From contig OZ176051.1 of assembly GCA_964247055.1 (NCBI GenBank), forward strand, positions 12,834,001-12,898,000: a DNA stretch of 64,000 nucleotides, in the 5' to 3' direction. A model generated the notes under the pieces. The model saw only the letters and a list, made by a program, of their open reading frames with translations. It was not told the origin of the DNA and searched no databases. Origin of the DNA: Paragordius varius (taxonomy: Eukaryota > Animalia > Nematomorpha). The position numbers were made by a program, and so were the translations under genes. Below are positions 13,718 to 26,439 of this stretch, piece by piece. Each line of letters begins with the position of its first letter. Position 1 is the first letter of the stretch.

Positions 13718-14518
13718 AAAAATATTTTCTACTTCAATATTATACACATACATGGCCAAAACACTGTCTATTAAAAATTAATTCTACAAAATAACATAAA
13801 ACATAATAATTTTTAATTAAATTGTGTAAAAGATACAAGCCTGGATAGTGGTGGTGTAATGGACAAAAAAACAATATATATTTATGATTATAATCTAAAA
13901 TAGCGTGTGATACAAAAATAATGGATGTATTAATTTTATATATAAATATAGATGTAAAATTTTGTTAAATAAAATAATATTTATATTTAGTTGACTCTAG
14001 GTCACGGTCCTAAAATATGAGGACACTTAAACGAATACGGGGAGCCAACCGCATTTAATTACCTATTTTTTAGAATAAAAATTATGCTGGAACTGTTTCT
14101 ATAGAGTTTTTAAACGATTATATTGTTCAAAGTAATTATATCTGAAAATAATTTCCCTCATATCATCGTTTTTCTATAAAAGCGTACATCTGTTTAATGT
14201 AACTTGGAGTCTTATGTAATGACCTATTTATTTTGGTTAATTTGTCATGATAAAAAAATAATAATAACTACAATACATTTTGTATTTTATCGTAAAGATA
14301 TTATCTCGATCCCTGGGAAACATATTGTTTTCTAATAAAAATCAATTGGATATGTTTTTTGTTGCTCTTTATATTGATCTCTTTAAACAATTCCTAAAAA
14401 TTTTACCATCTAAATTTAAAAGCAAAAACAATGTTGTATTCCTTTTAGATATATGGACTTAATTAGTATCATTGCGGAGAATCAAAATTTTAGATCCGGA
14501 CAAAATACTAATTAATTT

Positions 14519-15067
14519 ATGTTAAATCTCTTTGTGTACATAAAAACGCCTACTTCTTTTTTACATTTATCAATTACTCAATTACTATTTTCCATATTCT
14601 ACTTGAAAATTACATTGCTAACAATAATGATACTCTTTCAGCGTGTTTTGCATTATGAATCGGCACTTCTCACTAATTCCAACTCCTATACAACATTAAA
14701 CCCAAAATTTCTCTCTACAAGACTACTAACCAATCCTTATATGTCTAATCAAACGGTGAATAACACATCAAAACGGCTTGATATAACAAGAAATCCCTAT
14801 AACGATGGAGAGAATAGATTGTTTTCAACATCCACCCAAATTATGATATTGGAACCAAATGAAAGTACTTTATTAATACCCTCAACCAATGAGCCAATAA
14901 CTATTGGGGTAGGGAATGGTTTCACCCTTAACATAGGGTCAACGTATCGTCTCAATTTAATCAAAGTTGTTTTTCTTGTTTTAGTTATGTTAGTTATTTC
15001 AGCCTCAGCGTGTCGGTTAGCTATTCGAATTTTCAACCGCTACGTGTATGATGATGACGAAAAATGA
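14519..15067 (+). CDS. Putative membrane glycoprotein, 182 aa, no recognised family
   Basis: Longest ORF in the window, ATG to TGA, with AATAAA right after the stop. Hydrophobic N-terminal stretch, S/T/N-rich middle with N-X-S/T sequons (NQT, NNT, NES), a C-terminal TM segment (LIKVVFLVLVMLVISASACRLAI) and an acidic tail. The true 5' end could instead be a spliced exon (ctttcag acceptor at ~14641). Confidence 0.6.
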   Translation: MLNLFVYIKTPTSFLHLSITQLLFSIFYLKITLLTIMILFQRVLHYESALLTNSNSYTTLNPKFLSTRLLTNPYMSNQTVNNTSKRLDITRNPYNDGENRLFSTSTQIMILEPNESTLLIPSTNEPITIGVGNGFTLNIGSTYRLNLIKVVFLVLVMLVISASACRLAIRIFNRYVYDDDEK

Positions 15068-16699
15068 ATAAAAAAAGGTTAATTAGTCGTCTAAATTTTG
15101 GAATTTGGAATAGAAATACGATTTTTATTTATGTATATGTTAACAATCATAATATCATCTAGTTTTTTATATTATATAATTAATTAAAATGTGATTTTGA
15201 TATGAATAAATTAAGAAAAACATTATTTTACTACCAAATGACAAATAGGTGCGATAAACAATTGTAAATTAATAACTAACTCGAAATGATATTATTTTAA
15301 ACAATAAACCCTACATCTTTATGAATCATTATGGATTGTTGGCCGGAATTAATAATTATAAAAAATCCTTAGTCCGCATAAATCGGATTTGATTATATAT
15401 TTAAAAAATCAAATAAATGGAATAATCATGCCATTTTGAAATTAATATTTGTATAACAGCCTGTTTTTTGACAAAAAAAGAATAGATTGGACATCTCGGG
15501 AATTTACCTTCGGTTAAAAATCGCATATCATAACTCGTTCATTAAATACTTTATATAAGAGAAAATTGTAGAAATTTAAATTATATGTATTTTATGGAAT
15601 TTTATTGTTTATTATTCAAAATAATTATAAACAAACCCAAAACTTTATCATTATTTTGACTTGAAATAAAATAATAGGCTATTCCCGCGGAAATAGGGAT
15701 TTTTTGTGTTAAAATGACTTATGATTCTGGTTTTGTCAACTATCTTAGCTCATATAGAAAACTTTGGGTCTCTCGCCTTAAAGTTTTTCAAAATAAAGCT
15801 CTTTGATAATACAAAAAGGTGAACCTTTATTAATCCTAAATTTTATTTAAGTTTTTTTCTAGATTTTAAAACTTTGTTTAGGAATATTTTATTAACAAAA
15901 TCGGGATCATAATTGTCAGAAAACAAAAGGTTTATTGTTTTTACCTAAGATTTAAGGTTTTATCGTATTAAATAATAGAATGCTAAGTAAAAATCTGTTA
16001 AAGACTAAAAGCTTCAACAAAAATATAATTAGAATATACAAATTTAGAAAATAACTTTATTAATGCGCAAGGTCTTATTACTATAAATCAAGGCCTCCTG
16101 AAACCTAGACAGAACCACATGCCAAACTTGGTTTTTATGCTTTTACAGTAAAGAGATTCCGTTTTGAACTAACGTTCTATGTAAGATATTTATACGTAAA
16201 ATAAACTAACGTTGTTAAAAAAGTCAAAAATTAATTTCTATACCTCTATAATTTGGATGTAACATCGCGATTCTTGCATCTCCAAAAGTTCAGGGTTAGT
16301 TTAGCATTTAATTTTGCCTAAAGCCCTGCTACCAATAAACTTTGACAGTATTTATCGTTCACTATATGCAATTTAAGCAATTCTTAGTATTTTTGTATGA
16401 GTTTTATCGTTAATTTTTGTACATTTAAAAAGCATTCATAAAATATTAACCTTAAACATAAAAAGCTAAATATTTCTATGAATTTATTTACATCATCTAT
16501 ATCAATACCACTCTATACATTCGAAACAAAAACTTAAATAAATTTATCGGGTCCATTGATGTTTTGGGGTTAATTTTAAATTAAACTTTTCTCAGCCGGT
16601 CATAAAAATTAAAGTTTATCTTTAAATAATTTTTTAACCGCTTCGGTTTTTCAAGTAACGTCTTTATATCCCTACTAAACTGAATTTTACTAAGTGACA

Positions 16700-18200
16700 A
16701 AAAAACAGCAATAGTGAAAAAACAAAACTATCAGTTTACGGCGATTAAATTAGTTCTAATTTACTTCACGTTTGGATTATAAATTCCGTTTTTGTAACTT
16801 TTTAAAAGTTATTATTTAAAACCAATTTTAATGTCAACAATATAAAAACCATAATTTACAAAAAATTTTTACTTGAAAAACAGCAGGTAATTTGTTAAAT
16901 TTTAATTCTTTATCGCAATTTATAACATAGAAATTGTTTGGAAAGAGTATTAGATAATGTATAATCTTAATGAGTCCACAGGTGTATTGAAGCCAATGGT
17001 TCTTTAAAAAAGTTAAAAAGAAATTTTTGCAAAACGTTTGATTTTGAGTGGCATTGTTATATTTTTAAATTTTTTTTTATTACATTCATTTGCAATTGAA
17101 TCCTTTACAATTTGGAAATGCCACTGGTATTTTTGGTAATTATTAAATGAACTATATATCTGAAAACCACAGTGTACTCCTTAATACAATACCCTTATTA
17201 TTGGAATTATTAATTACGTACTCGAAAATATTTACAATGTTTATTTATTTACAGTTTAGCAAGAATTTAAGTGGTGTAAGTTTGAGTTGTCTTCTGTGAA
17301 TTTTGTCACATTCTCGAATAGAATAAATCGTGAGATATTCTATATTTGTGGTTTTCATCAATGGCCTATATAAAAAGTTAAATTATCCATGCATTCATTA
17401 AATTGTTTATTTTCACACATATTAGTTAATTTTAACTGAAAATTTAGCATTATTATAATATTTTTACTAGTCGTTATTTATATGCTTAACACATCTATAT
17501 ATATTTATATAATAAATTTAATTTATTCTTAGATCTCAATAATATTAATTCAAATGTAGCTTTCAGATTTTTGAGGTCTCAAATGTATCTCTTTAAGCCA
17601 TTTGTGTTAGACACCCCTGGTCTACATGCATAAAATGTTCGGTCTGAAAGTTTAACCTGTTCAGAGGGGGCGATTTTTGGATTCACCTGCTTAATGAATA
17701 CTATTTTTAAACTTAAAATAAAATTATATTATATTTAAAGCCCAATTTTTTATTGAATTTGATATTGATTGATTTTTTAAGGTAAAATTGAATATTCGCC
17801 AAAGTCAATATTATTTGTTATTGCAAAAATATTTGGTTTTCATCATATTACATTTAATCACGAAATAACTTTATATACCAAAGACATATTTTATTTCAAG
17901 ATTAACAACATAAAATATATTTACAAAATTAGCTAGCAAAATACCCTAAAACACCTAATTTTATCTTTAAACCATCCGAAATTAGATATTGTGCATATAT
18001 ACAGTTATATAATTATAATATAAGCACCATAAAGAGGTACCAAAGTATCGGAGATAATGAAAACGTTAAGGTTCGAAAATAAAATTAATTGGAATAAATC
18101 AGAAAAATATTATAAAAATCAGCCCTGCATGAATTATTAGTATATGTCCCAGATTAGAGCATATATTAAGGAGAGATTAAGTAAGATAATTTATATATGT
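16700..18200. repeat. Dispersed repeat, homologous to ~30750-31760
   Basis: Shared blocks AAATATTTGGTTTTCATCATATT.CAT...AAATAACTTTATA..CCAAAGACATA (17830/31438), GCAGGTAATTTG..AATTTTAA.TTCTTTA.CGC (16885/30988) and GAGCTAGCAA.TACCCTAAAA. Also an inverted match CGCCAAAGTCAATATT (17797) vs AATATTGACTTTGGCG (19746). Confidence 0.55.
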
Positions 18201-19439
18201 TCGGAGATATGATCATGAAAAATAATTATTTAATTCATAAAATTTTATATCTTTAAATTAGCCAAAAGGAGCGATAAAAGATGGCATGTTTATTCACAGA
18301 TGACAACCGCGTTTATCTGTAGTGGTTAAAAATTAAATTTATTTTAGGTAAACGTTGAAAGTTTATATGTTACTCTTATACTTAAATCCCCTTAGATTTT
18401 TCTTTAATCCTATTTACTAAACTTTAAAGGTTATTAAAGTTATAAATGTAACACGAAGTTTGAACGTAATTTTTTAAATGATGAAATTGCTTGACCAATT
18501 TTCTATTTTATTTAATTGATCCTTTTATAACTGGAAATAATAGAAACCAACTATAAATTTCGAAAGCGTAGCATATTTTTATTATACGGGTAAATTATAT
18601 TTAGGATAAGAGATTTGATAATTAAAATTAATAAAAAATATAAAAAATAGTTTAACTTATAAACAATAATTGTTTCATTTAGAATGTGACTTCAAATAAC
18701 GTGAAATCTTTAAATCATAATGCGCAACACAAATGTCGCGGGATTTTCATTCAATTACTCCACACCGGATTTATATGAGTATATATATATATTGTGCATT
18801 AAATTTTAAACATAGACGGTAGAGAAATCACGAGCAATAAGCACCATTTATTTTACCCTAAATGATAGTGGTTACATTATAAAACCGATCTAACTTTAAA
18901 AAAAGTAAAAGGATATAAAATGCAAAATTTAATTATAAAAAATCATAATCAATAAGATTATTCTTGGATTTTTCGATATCGAGGACACATCTTTTATTTG
19001 ACCTGAGATCCACATTAACCTAAATTTTTCTAGTTTTATGTATGAATTGATCCAAGGCGGTGAAAATTTATTTAAATAATATAATTATCAATAATTGTGA
19101 ACATTTTATTTATTAACATTATTTTAAGGTGGTTTTTCCAAATTTTCCGCGCATCCTTTAAATACCCTCTGCTTAACCGAATCTTAATGATGATAAAATA
19201 TCTACAATGGATATAATTTTTCTTATGAATTAAGAAAATTTAAAATATTATTTTAAATAAAAAAATATTATTTCAGTATTTTTTTAACTCAGGAATTTAT
19301 CTGTAAATTATAAATTTTGATTTATTTTCTTTTTATTCCTAAACTGCGTACCACGGAAGACAACATGTTGAACACCCTTTTTATGCCATAAACTTATTCG
19401 ATTCCAATAAATTCAAGATAATTATTCCTTATTAATTCA

Positions 19440-19444
<5 letters not shown>

Positions 19445-19476
<32 letters not shown>
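19445..19476. repeat. (AT)n microsatellite
   Basis: Uninterrupted AT run. Confidence 0.95.
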
Positions 19477-19480
<4 letters not shown>

Positions 19481-21190
19481 ATCTAGAACGAGGAGAAAGC
19501 ATTTTATATAATTAGATATACAAATAAATATCTATTAAATATTAATCTATAAAAAATTGTCATTCTATATTTCTAAAAATTAAATTTTTTTAAATTTGTA
19601 ACTTAGACCGTTGTTTATTAAAACTTAATAAGTTTACTTCAGACCTTGAAAATCGCTTAGATTTTTTTAAACGAATTAACGTTACAAATGAACATTTGCA
19701 ATAAAATTTACTACTATTCTCCGTCTTTCATAACACAAACAAATAAATATTGACTTTGGCGAAACTCCAAATATGTAGTTGGGTTTTCACCAATCATAAA
19801 ATTATAACAAAATTAAAAACGATCATTTAATGAATATTTTTATAAAATATACTTATTAGAGATGTTTGAACACCATCAAAGACATAAAAATTGTGTGAAT
19901 TGTGTAAGGTTTTATTTTATATCTAAATTTTTTATTGTGTCATTTTTAGCACATTACATCTGAACCAATTTAGAGAGGTATAAAAGTGATTATTATCTCC
20001 AAACATATATTTATATCTTTTATTGTTTGTTAAAATATCTCTAATAAATATATTTTATAAAAATTATTAATTAAACTAGAGAACAATTTTTTCTGTCACT
20101 CGAGTCTTTTGCATTTTATGTTATTTCAACAATAAATTCTGCCTATATTTATATAATATTTGTTGATGCTTTTCAAATTATTACTAACAAATGTATTTTT
20201 TACTCAAACTGTCTAGAAGGCAATGAATGTCCAAAAACGATAACACAAGAAATTGTTTTTGATATAAACACTTTTTTATTTGTGTCTTTCAAAACAGCCA
20301 TTTTTAAGTTTTTCATTTTTTAAAAAAAATTACCATCTTATGAATCGTAATATATTTTATTTACAGTTTTATAACTTCCAAATTTCAAGACTAAAACAAA
20401 GTTTAGTTTTGGCAACTCTTATCAAGCTTTACAATTATCATCAAATGACTCCTGAACCTTAGCGTATTGGCCGTTGTGTGGTCTTCCAGAGTGCCCACAC
20501 ACTTTTCACAAGCAACCACAATTTTATATTTTTGATTAAAATGATTTAATCCATAGAGAGTTTTAACCACATGTTTCTGCAAACATTCCTTCTGATGAAA
20601 ATACCTGCTGCAGATTTTTTTCAGACATAAAATTTGAGATTACTGAATGATAAAAATAAGATGCTAGTTTCTGGCCAACTCAATTTGTATGTGTTTATGG
20701 TTTAACTTCATATCAACAAAATAAGGTCAATGTCAAATTAATCGTCGATGTATTTTTGCTCACCTCTTTTTGGTTAAAAATAATTTACACAAGATATACT
20801 AAAAGAAATTGGATTTTATGATATAATTGATTATAGCGAAATTCTGGATGGTTACTTGAGCTAGGCAAAGATTATAAGTAAAATCTACTATTTCAAAAGG
20901 TTTTTGCACCAAAAGCCCGCATTATTGTATAGATAAAATTATAATAATAATGGTTATCCATATAATATCAAACGTTGATCAAAATGTATCCAATAATGTA
21001 AATAGACAATCATTTTTACCCTAATATTTTTTAGGGTAGGATAATTGGGACTCAGTACTACTAAATGAATATCGTTTATTTGTTTAATTTGTTTTTTGTT
21101 TGCACTAATTGACGCAAGTCAATTAAATAAACAATGAAAAGGGGTTAAGGTTGCCAAAAACCGGTTTACATCCGGTCCTTATTTGAAGGC

Positions 21191-21197
21191 TATAAAA
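21191..21197 (+). promoter_or_regulatory. TATA box of secreted-protein gene copy A
   Basis: GGC-TATAAAA-GAG, 95 nt upstream of the ATG at 21286; conserved in copy B. Confidence 0.55.
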
Positions 21198-21285
21198 GAG
21201 CAGGTATTTCCACGAAATTCATAAACATTATTTTATCGATTTTTCTGTGAATATACTTCCACCAAATTTCCTAAATCTTGCCACC

Positions 21286-21972
21286 ATGTACAAACATAGT
21301 CATTTTCTTTTATTGCTTTGCATCGCCCTTTTTGCAAGTAAGTTAGTTATATAACTATATCAATTTATTTTTTTTCTAATATTACTAAAATGCCATCTAA
21401 ATTTTTTGCCTTTTGATTAATTTATTTATTCGATCATAAAGGTTTGTCAATGGCATGCAAATTTAACAATCAAAATATTAGGCTTGACAGATCCATCATT
21501 ATAAAAACAAATCAATTAAACAGAGATGTTTTCGTGAATTGTCCCGATATGTCAATAAGATTCAACATCCGACCTCAATTAGGAGGTAAACATCGCTTTC
21601 GCTAAAATGTAAAAATAAACAGAATATCGGATTATATTTATTAACTAAAATGATGTTTTTGATGCTTTAGTGATTGATCAAATAATCACAAACACACGCA
21701 CAGATCGCATCTCAACTGAAATTCCTAGTTCGGGTGGCTCACCCGTCGTTATGTCTCCCCAAACTATTGTATATAGAGTAGCTCCTGCCTATGATGGCCC
21801 CATTACCGTAACGGTAAATTTTACCCTATATCTTTAATTGATATTTCGTTATTTCTGAAATAAAGATTTTACATTAAACTGATTTTACCATTTATACATT
21901 GTTTAATTTTTTGTATAGTATTCCAAATCTGGATTATTTATCCCTATTGTAGTTTCGTCAAGGAGGAATTGA
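21286..21972 (+). CDS. Orphan secreted protein, 130 aa, 4 exons (copy A)
   Basis: join(21286-21337,21442-21585,21671-21813,21919-21972). All introns GT-AG and phase-consistent (104, 85, 105 nt), CCACCATG start context. Product MYKHSHFLLLLCIALFASLSMACKFNNQNIRLDRSIIIKTNQLNRDVFVNCPDMSIRFNIRPQLGVIDQIITNTRTDRISTEIPSSGGSPVVMSPQTIVYRVAPAYDGPITVTYSKSGLFIPIVVSSRRN, with a signal-peptide-like N-terminus. The third donor could alternatively be at 21808 (same phase). Confidence 0.8.
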
Positions 21973-23287
21973 AGTTGCAAATGAAGATTTGTTATTATTT
22001 ATGTAATAGTAAATTATAAATAAATTTTTTTTATTATATTAATGTTTTTTTTAATCGAAACGATTTTCAATATTTTCGTAATGGATGCAATTCATAAATT
22101 TTCCATTTTCCCACAAACTTCTAGGATGTATTGCCATCTTTTGCAAAAAAACCTATAGTTAGCATTATAATTGAAAATATTGTCTTTTAGTCTTGTTTTA
22201 TATAATATTGCAACTTAATATCAATATATGAAGGTTACATGGCCCCGGAATATATTAATGATGTGGCTCCACATCAGATAAATTTATAAGCTGCATCTAA
22301 AATTATTTAAACAATTATTTTTATTATAAATATATTTTTAATTTTTTTTTAAATCTATCAACTCTTTTTAATTCATTTTCATATAATATAATAAAAATAA
22401 CTTAAGTAATGGGAGCTACTAGTATTAATTTTAGCTAGTCAAACCTGTTAAATAGATAGTATTTTGCTATATTCAAGCTTAATTACCGAAAGGGTTGATC
22501 ATATATCTTATAACAAAATAGAGCCAACGGATCAAAAAAGCGTTTACCAAAATTGATTATTTAAATATAAGTATTTAATTTTAAAGACGTTTTTTAAAAA
22601 TGGGATATTACACATGTATAAAATTAGAATTTTTAGTTTTAATTATATATATAATAAACAAAAATATTTATTAAAACTAATTTTTATCTACAATGAGCTC
22701 CAATCAATTCGACTGTAAACTGGAGACAACCAAAGGCATTAAAACCTCAATTTTACCCATATTTGAACAAAATTTTCATGATGCTTGTTTCGGAGCTTAT
22801 ATAGGGAAATATATTATGATAATTCTCTATTAAAAACCGCAGTGTTTTTATATTATATAATACTAAATCACTCGAAAAAATTGTTTTCTCGGAATGTCGG
22901 ATATTTTAAACCGTTAGTGTTGCTGGAGCTTTAAGGATTTATATTATATCCAAAAAATTTTTTAAAAAAATCATTGTTTAAAGGCATTTTATGGTTCCTT
23001 AAAGATGATAACAGATAAAACACTTAAATCCCACATATTTGGATCCGAAATGGATTCAGTCACTTCAGTATTTAAATAAAAAGATTAGTGTAAAAATTTC
23101 CTAAAAATAAAAAAGAAAGAGTTCATATAATCGGAGGTGAGTGATAAAATAAGCGAGCAAAGTTATTTTAAATAAAATCTCCTTTTCCGGCATGCTATTG
23201 CAAAATATTTAATTTTTAAGCAAATATTTATTTAATAATTTTGTTTGGTATTAATACCTAATATATGAAAAAATCTCGTGTGTAAAA

Positions 23288-23565
23288 CAGCTGGTCAACA
23301 TGCAGCCCGCGAAAAAATTGGAATCCATATTTTTTGCAAAAACGTGCTCATTAAATCTTAAAAGAGATAATTTTAATTTTTCCCAAATAAGTCAATTTAA
23401 ATATCAGGAAGGAGAAAAAATTGTTACTTTGCGTTGTTATTTTGCCATCTTATGTTTCAAGTCTAATAAATTATTTATAAATGTCCATATATATTACAAA
23501 TGAGGCCCGCCGAAATTTTTGAGCTAAAAATGCGGCTTGCGAGCTATTTGTGTTGGACACTTCTG
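23288..23565. mobile_element. hAT-type MITE remnant (paralog ~28666-28925)
   Basis: CAGCTGGTCAACATGCAGCCCGCG ... GCGGCTTGCGAGCTATTTGTGTTGGACACTTCTG; GCCCGC motifs and CAG...CTG ends as in the other hAT MITEs here. Confidence 0.5.
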
Positions 23566-24759
23566 TGTTAGAAGGATTACAAAAAATACGCCTTTTTACG
23601 AAAAATAAAATAAATAAACAAGGATTCGCTTTTCAATTATTTTCGTAATTAGTTAACAAAATAAACCACTTATACCAATGTTAGTGATTGGAATATATAA
23701 TAACTTTAATAGCGTTAGTATTCCAAGATATTTTGCAAGGATTCGGTAAATGGCGGCTAGTTTGGTTATTTAATATTTTCCCCAAAGCATACGCATCATG
23801 ACAATTCTGATACCTTTATCTGACAAAATAGTTATATATAATATTTTCTGTTTAATTTAAAATATAATAATTCAAGGTGTATGAAAAGAGTTAAAAAATA
23901 TTAATTTTGAAAGTATTAGATCTTTATTCTACTTTACATATACAAATATAAAGTTACTCAATTAAAATTAGAAATTCGATTGGCGAACAATACAAATCAC
24001 TGAAATATCTAAAACCTCAACCAAGGCTATTCGGTTCATTTATTTTCCCTATTTACAAGATCTTACATATACTTAAAAATTTTTTGGGCGAACTAATACA
24101 AATATGATACCACCTTTAAGATTTAAAATTATATATACAAGATTTTGAAAACAAACATACTTTTTCAAATCTTGATTTTGCCATATAAATCATGTCATTA
24201 CAGTTATGTATTTATCCCTATTTTACTATGCAACATGATATATGATATTTAAGGTTAAAATGGTTTTGTTTAAAAATATTTGTCTTTTTGTTTTTACATT
24301 TTATCTGTTTAATTTCAAAAACTATTGTGCTTAAGGTTTTTACAAATATCCTTAATGTTGTTATATAAATTGCTGAATAATTAAGTCAAAGTGTAAAGTT
24401 ATTGCCCTCATACTTACACTAATATGTCGGGCAGGGTCATAAAGATTTTCTGGTAAACATATAATAAAAGAAAATCAATTGTTTATTAGGTTTAAAATAT
24501 TGTCATCAGCTACATTTGGCTCTTTTCACATGTGATATATGAAGGCCGTTTAAAAAAACGACTGTCTTTTGCGGAAAACTACACCATTTACGGTTTATCA
24601 CCCTTTAACAATTCAAATTCCCTTTAAAATAAATTCTCTGTTTTGGAACTAATATAATCATTATTAATATGGAATATATCTTTATGGCACAGGTTATTAT
24701 TTTTTAGTATTCTTTTAATATATCACAAATTTTATATTCCACCTCCACGTGGTGACAAC

Positions 24760-25200
24760 CGGGAAACGTCAGCGTTTTAATGACGGCCAACGGGAGGGGT
24801 GGGTCGGAATTGGAGGATCTCAGAGTCGTGGATGGTATGAGAGCTCAACTGCTACAAAACAGTACGCTTACGATCGAAAATGTTAACCCTATGCTCGATA
24901 TAAAGATGCGCCGGGTGTCGAACCTAAGCGACACAGGTTGACAGCAAGCCTCCAACAAGGTTGGTAAACTGTTGGGAGTGGGAACGCACGATGATTGATG
25001 GGGGCCATTGATTATCAGGCCAATACACTCCGAGTAGGCCAGACCGTATAGGGGTTTTAAGAAATTAAAGGCTTTAAGAACTAGCAATCCCTAAGCATGG
25101 GTATATCTGCTTTCTCCGTTCTGGAGAGGCTATCGTTCCTATATGGAACTGTAAAGGACCGCTGGGTTAGCGGGACGTGTCAGAAAAATAGGGGTAATTT
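24760..25200 (-). mobile_element. Probable CR1/L2-type LINE 3' remnant
   Basis: GC-richer island. Minus-strand fragments QRSFT, FNFLKPLY and LRFDTRRIFISS resemble CR1/L2 C-terminal motifs (VQR.FTK, FKILKG, RLD.R..FFS). Heavily decayed. Confidence 0.4.
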
Positions 25201-25329
25201 TTAATCTTTTAAAAGATATAACTTATTTGAGGGTAAATTGTTTGAGGGTGAATTTGAATTGTTTAAGAATGATTTTGAAATTTTTAAGGGTGAATTTGAA
25301 TTGTAAATGGTATATATCTGCCAAACATT

Positions 25330-25730
25330 TTTCAACACCTTTGAAGTAGTTAAAGTGTTACTCTGAGAGTGTGCCACATTGCGAAATTGTAAACTTCAGA
25401 TGGCGCCACGTCTGGAGTGTTCAGCGGATGCGAAAGAGCGATTTTGATATGTCTTTCGCTGGTTTTGCTATGAAAGACGGAGCATTAGAAATTATTTCAC
25501 CATGTCCTTTAGACATTTCCGGACGTTTTTTGATAAATGCATAGTTTAAATTAATCACTAGCTGGCGATAGCGTTGTGCATTAACGGTTTCGGTTTTCAA
25601 AAAAACATAATATACAATATGGCTTCAACAGACACAGAGTACTGCCTTTTGCCAAAGCGATTTGGCATTGGTGTGGATTAACCGGCTGGCAAGGTAGAAG
25701 CCACGATTTTTCTTCTTTCTATTTATGTTG
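25330..25730 (-). mobile_element. Mariner (Tc1/mariner, DD34D) transposase remnant
   Basis: Minus strand gives TETVNAQRYRQLVINLNYAFIKKRPEM and, after a frameshift, HPLNTPDVAPSE, matching mariner TVN...Y..QL..L...IK.KRP and HPPYSPDLAPSD. Confidence 0.7.
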
Positions 25731-26344
25731 TCTTCCAGAGTGCCCACACTCTTTCAAGTGAAACCAGAACTTTGCATTTTTGATTTAAATGTCTTAATCC
25801 ACAGAAAATTTTAAATATATGTCTGCGAACATACAATAACTTCAACAGGTATGAGTTCATGTTTAACGTCAGATGAACAAAGTAAAGTCAGTGTCAAATT
25901 AATCGTCTATGTAATTTTCGCTCACGTCTTTTTGATTAAAAATAATTTAAACGAGATAAGAAATTGGATTATAATGATGACAAAATTCTGGATGGTTACT
26001 TGTGCTTGGCAAAGATTATAAGTAAAATCTATTATTTCAAAAGATTTTTGCACCAAAAGCCCGCATTTTTGTATAGATAAAATTATAATAATAATGGTTA
26101 TCCATATAATATCAAACGTTGATCAAAATGTATCCAATAATGTAAATAGACAATCATTTTTACCCTAATATTTTTTAGGGTAGGATAATTGGGACTCAGT
26201 ACTACTAAATGAATATCGTTTATTTGTTTAATTTGCTTTTTGTTTGCACTGATTGACGCAAGTCGATTAAATAAACAATGAAAAGGGGTTAAGGTTGCCA
26301 AAAAATAGATCAAACCGGTTTACATCCGGTCCCTTTTTGAAGGC

Positions 26345-26351
26345 TATAAAA
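26345..26351 (+). promoter_or_regulatory. TATA box of secreted-protein gene copy B
   Basis: GGC-TATAAAA-GAG, 95 nt upstream of the ATG at 26440. Confidence 0.55.
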
Positions 26352-26439
26352 GAGCGGGTATTTCCACGAAATTCATAACATTATTTTATCAAATTTTCTG
26401 TGAAATATACATCCACCAAATTTCCAAAATCTTACCACC

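Larger units (their letters stand above)
20460..23760 (+). repeat. Segmental duplication unit 1 (paralog ~25720-29130)
   Basis: Collinear with 25720-29130 throughout. The core ~20840-22040 is near-identical and the flanks are visibly more diverged. The unit includes the secreted-protein gene, a hAT-like MITE (~23288-23565) and a probable hAT coding remnant (minus, ~20460-20800: VKTINT, WL..KSVWAL). Confidence 0.9.

Noticed and set aside
14797-15036. Antisense 79-aa ORF
   Set aside because: Shadow frame of the 14519-15067 CDS with no independent evidence.
25235-25310. Short direct repeats GAGGGTGAATTTGAATTG resembling a mini CRISPR or telomeric array
   Set aside because: Only 2-3 degenerate units, irregular spacing, no cas genes, eukaryotic context; likely slippage at a LINE boundary.
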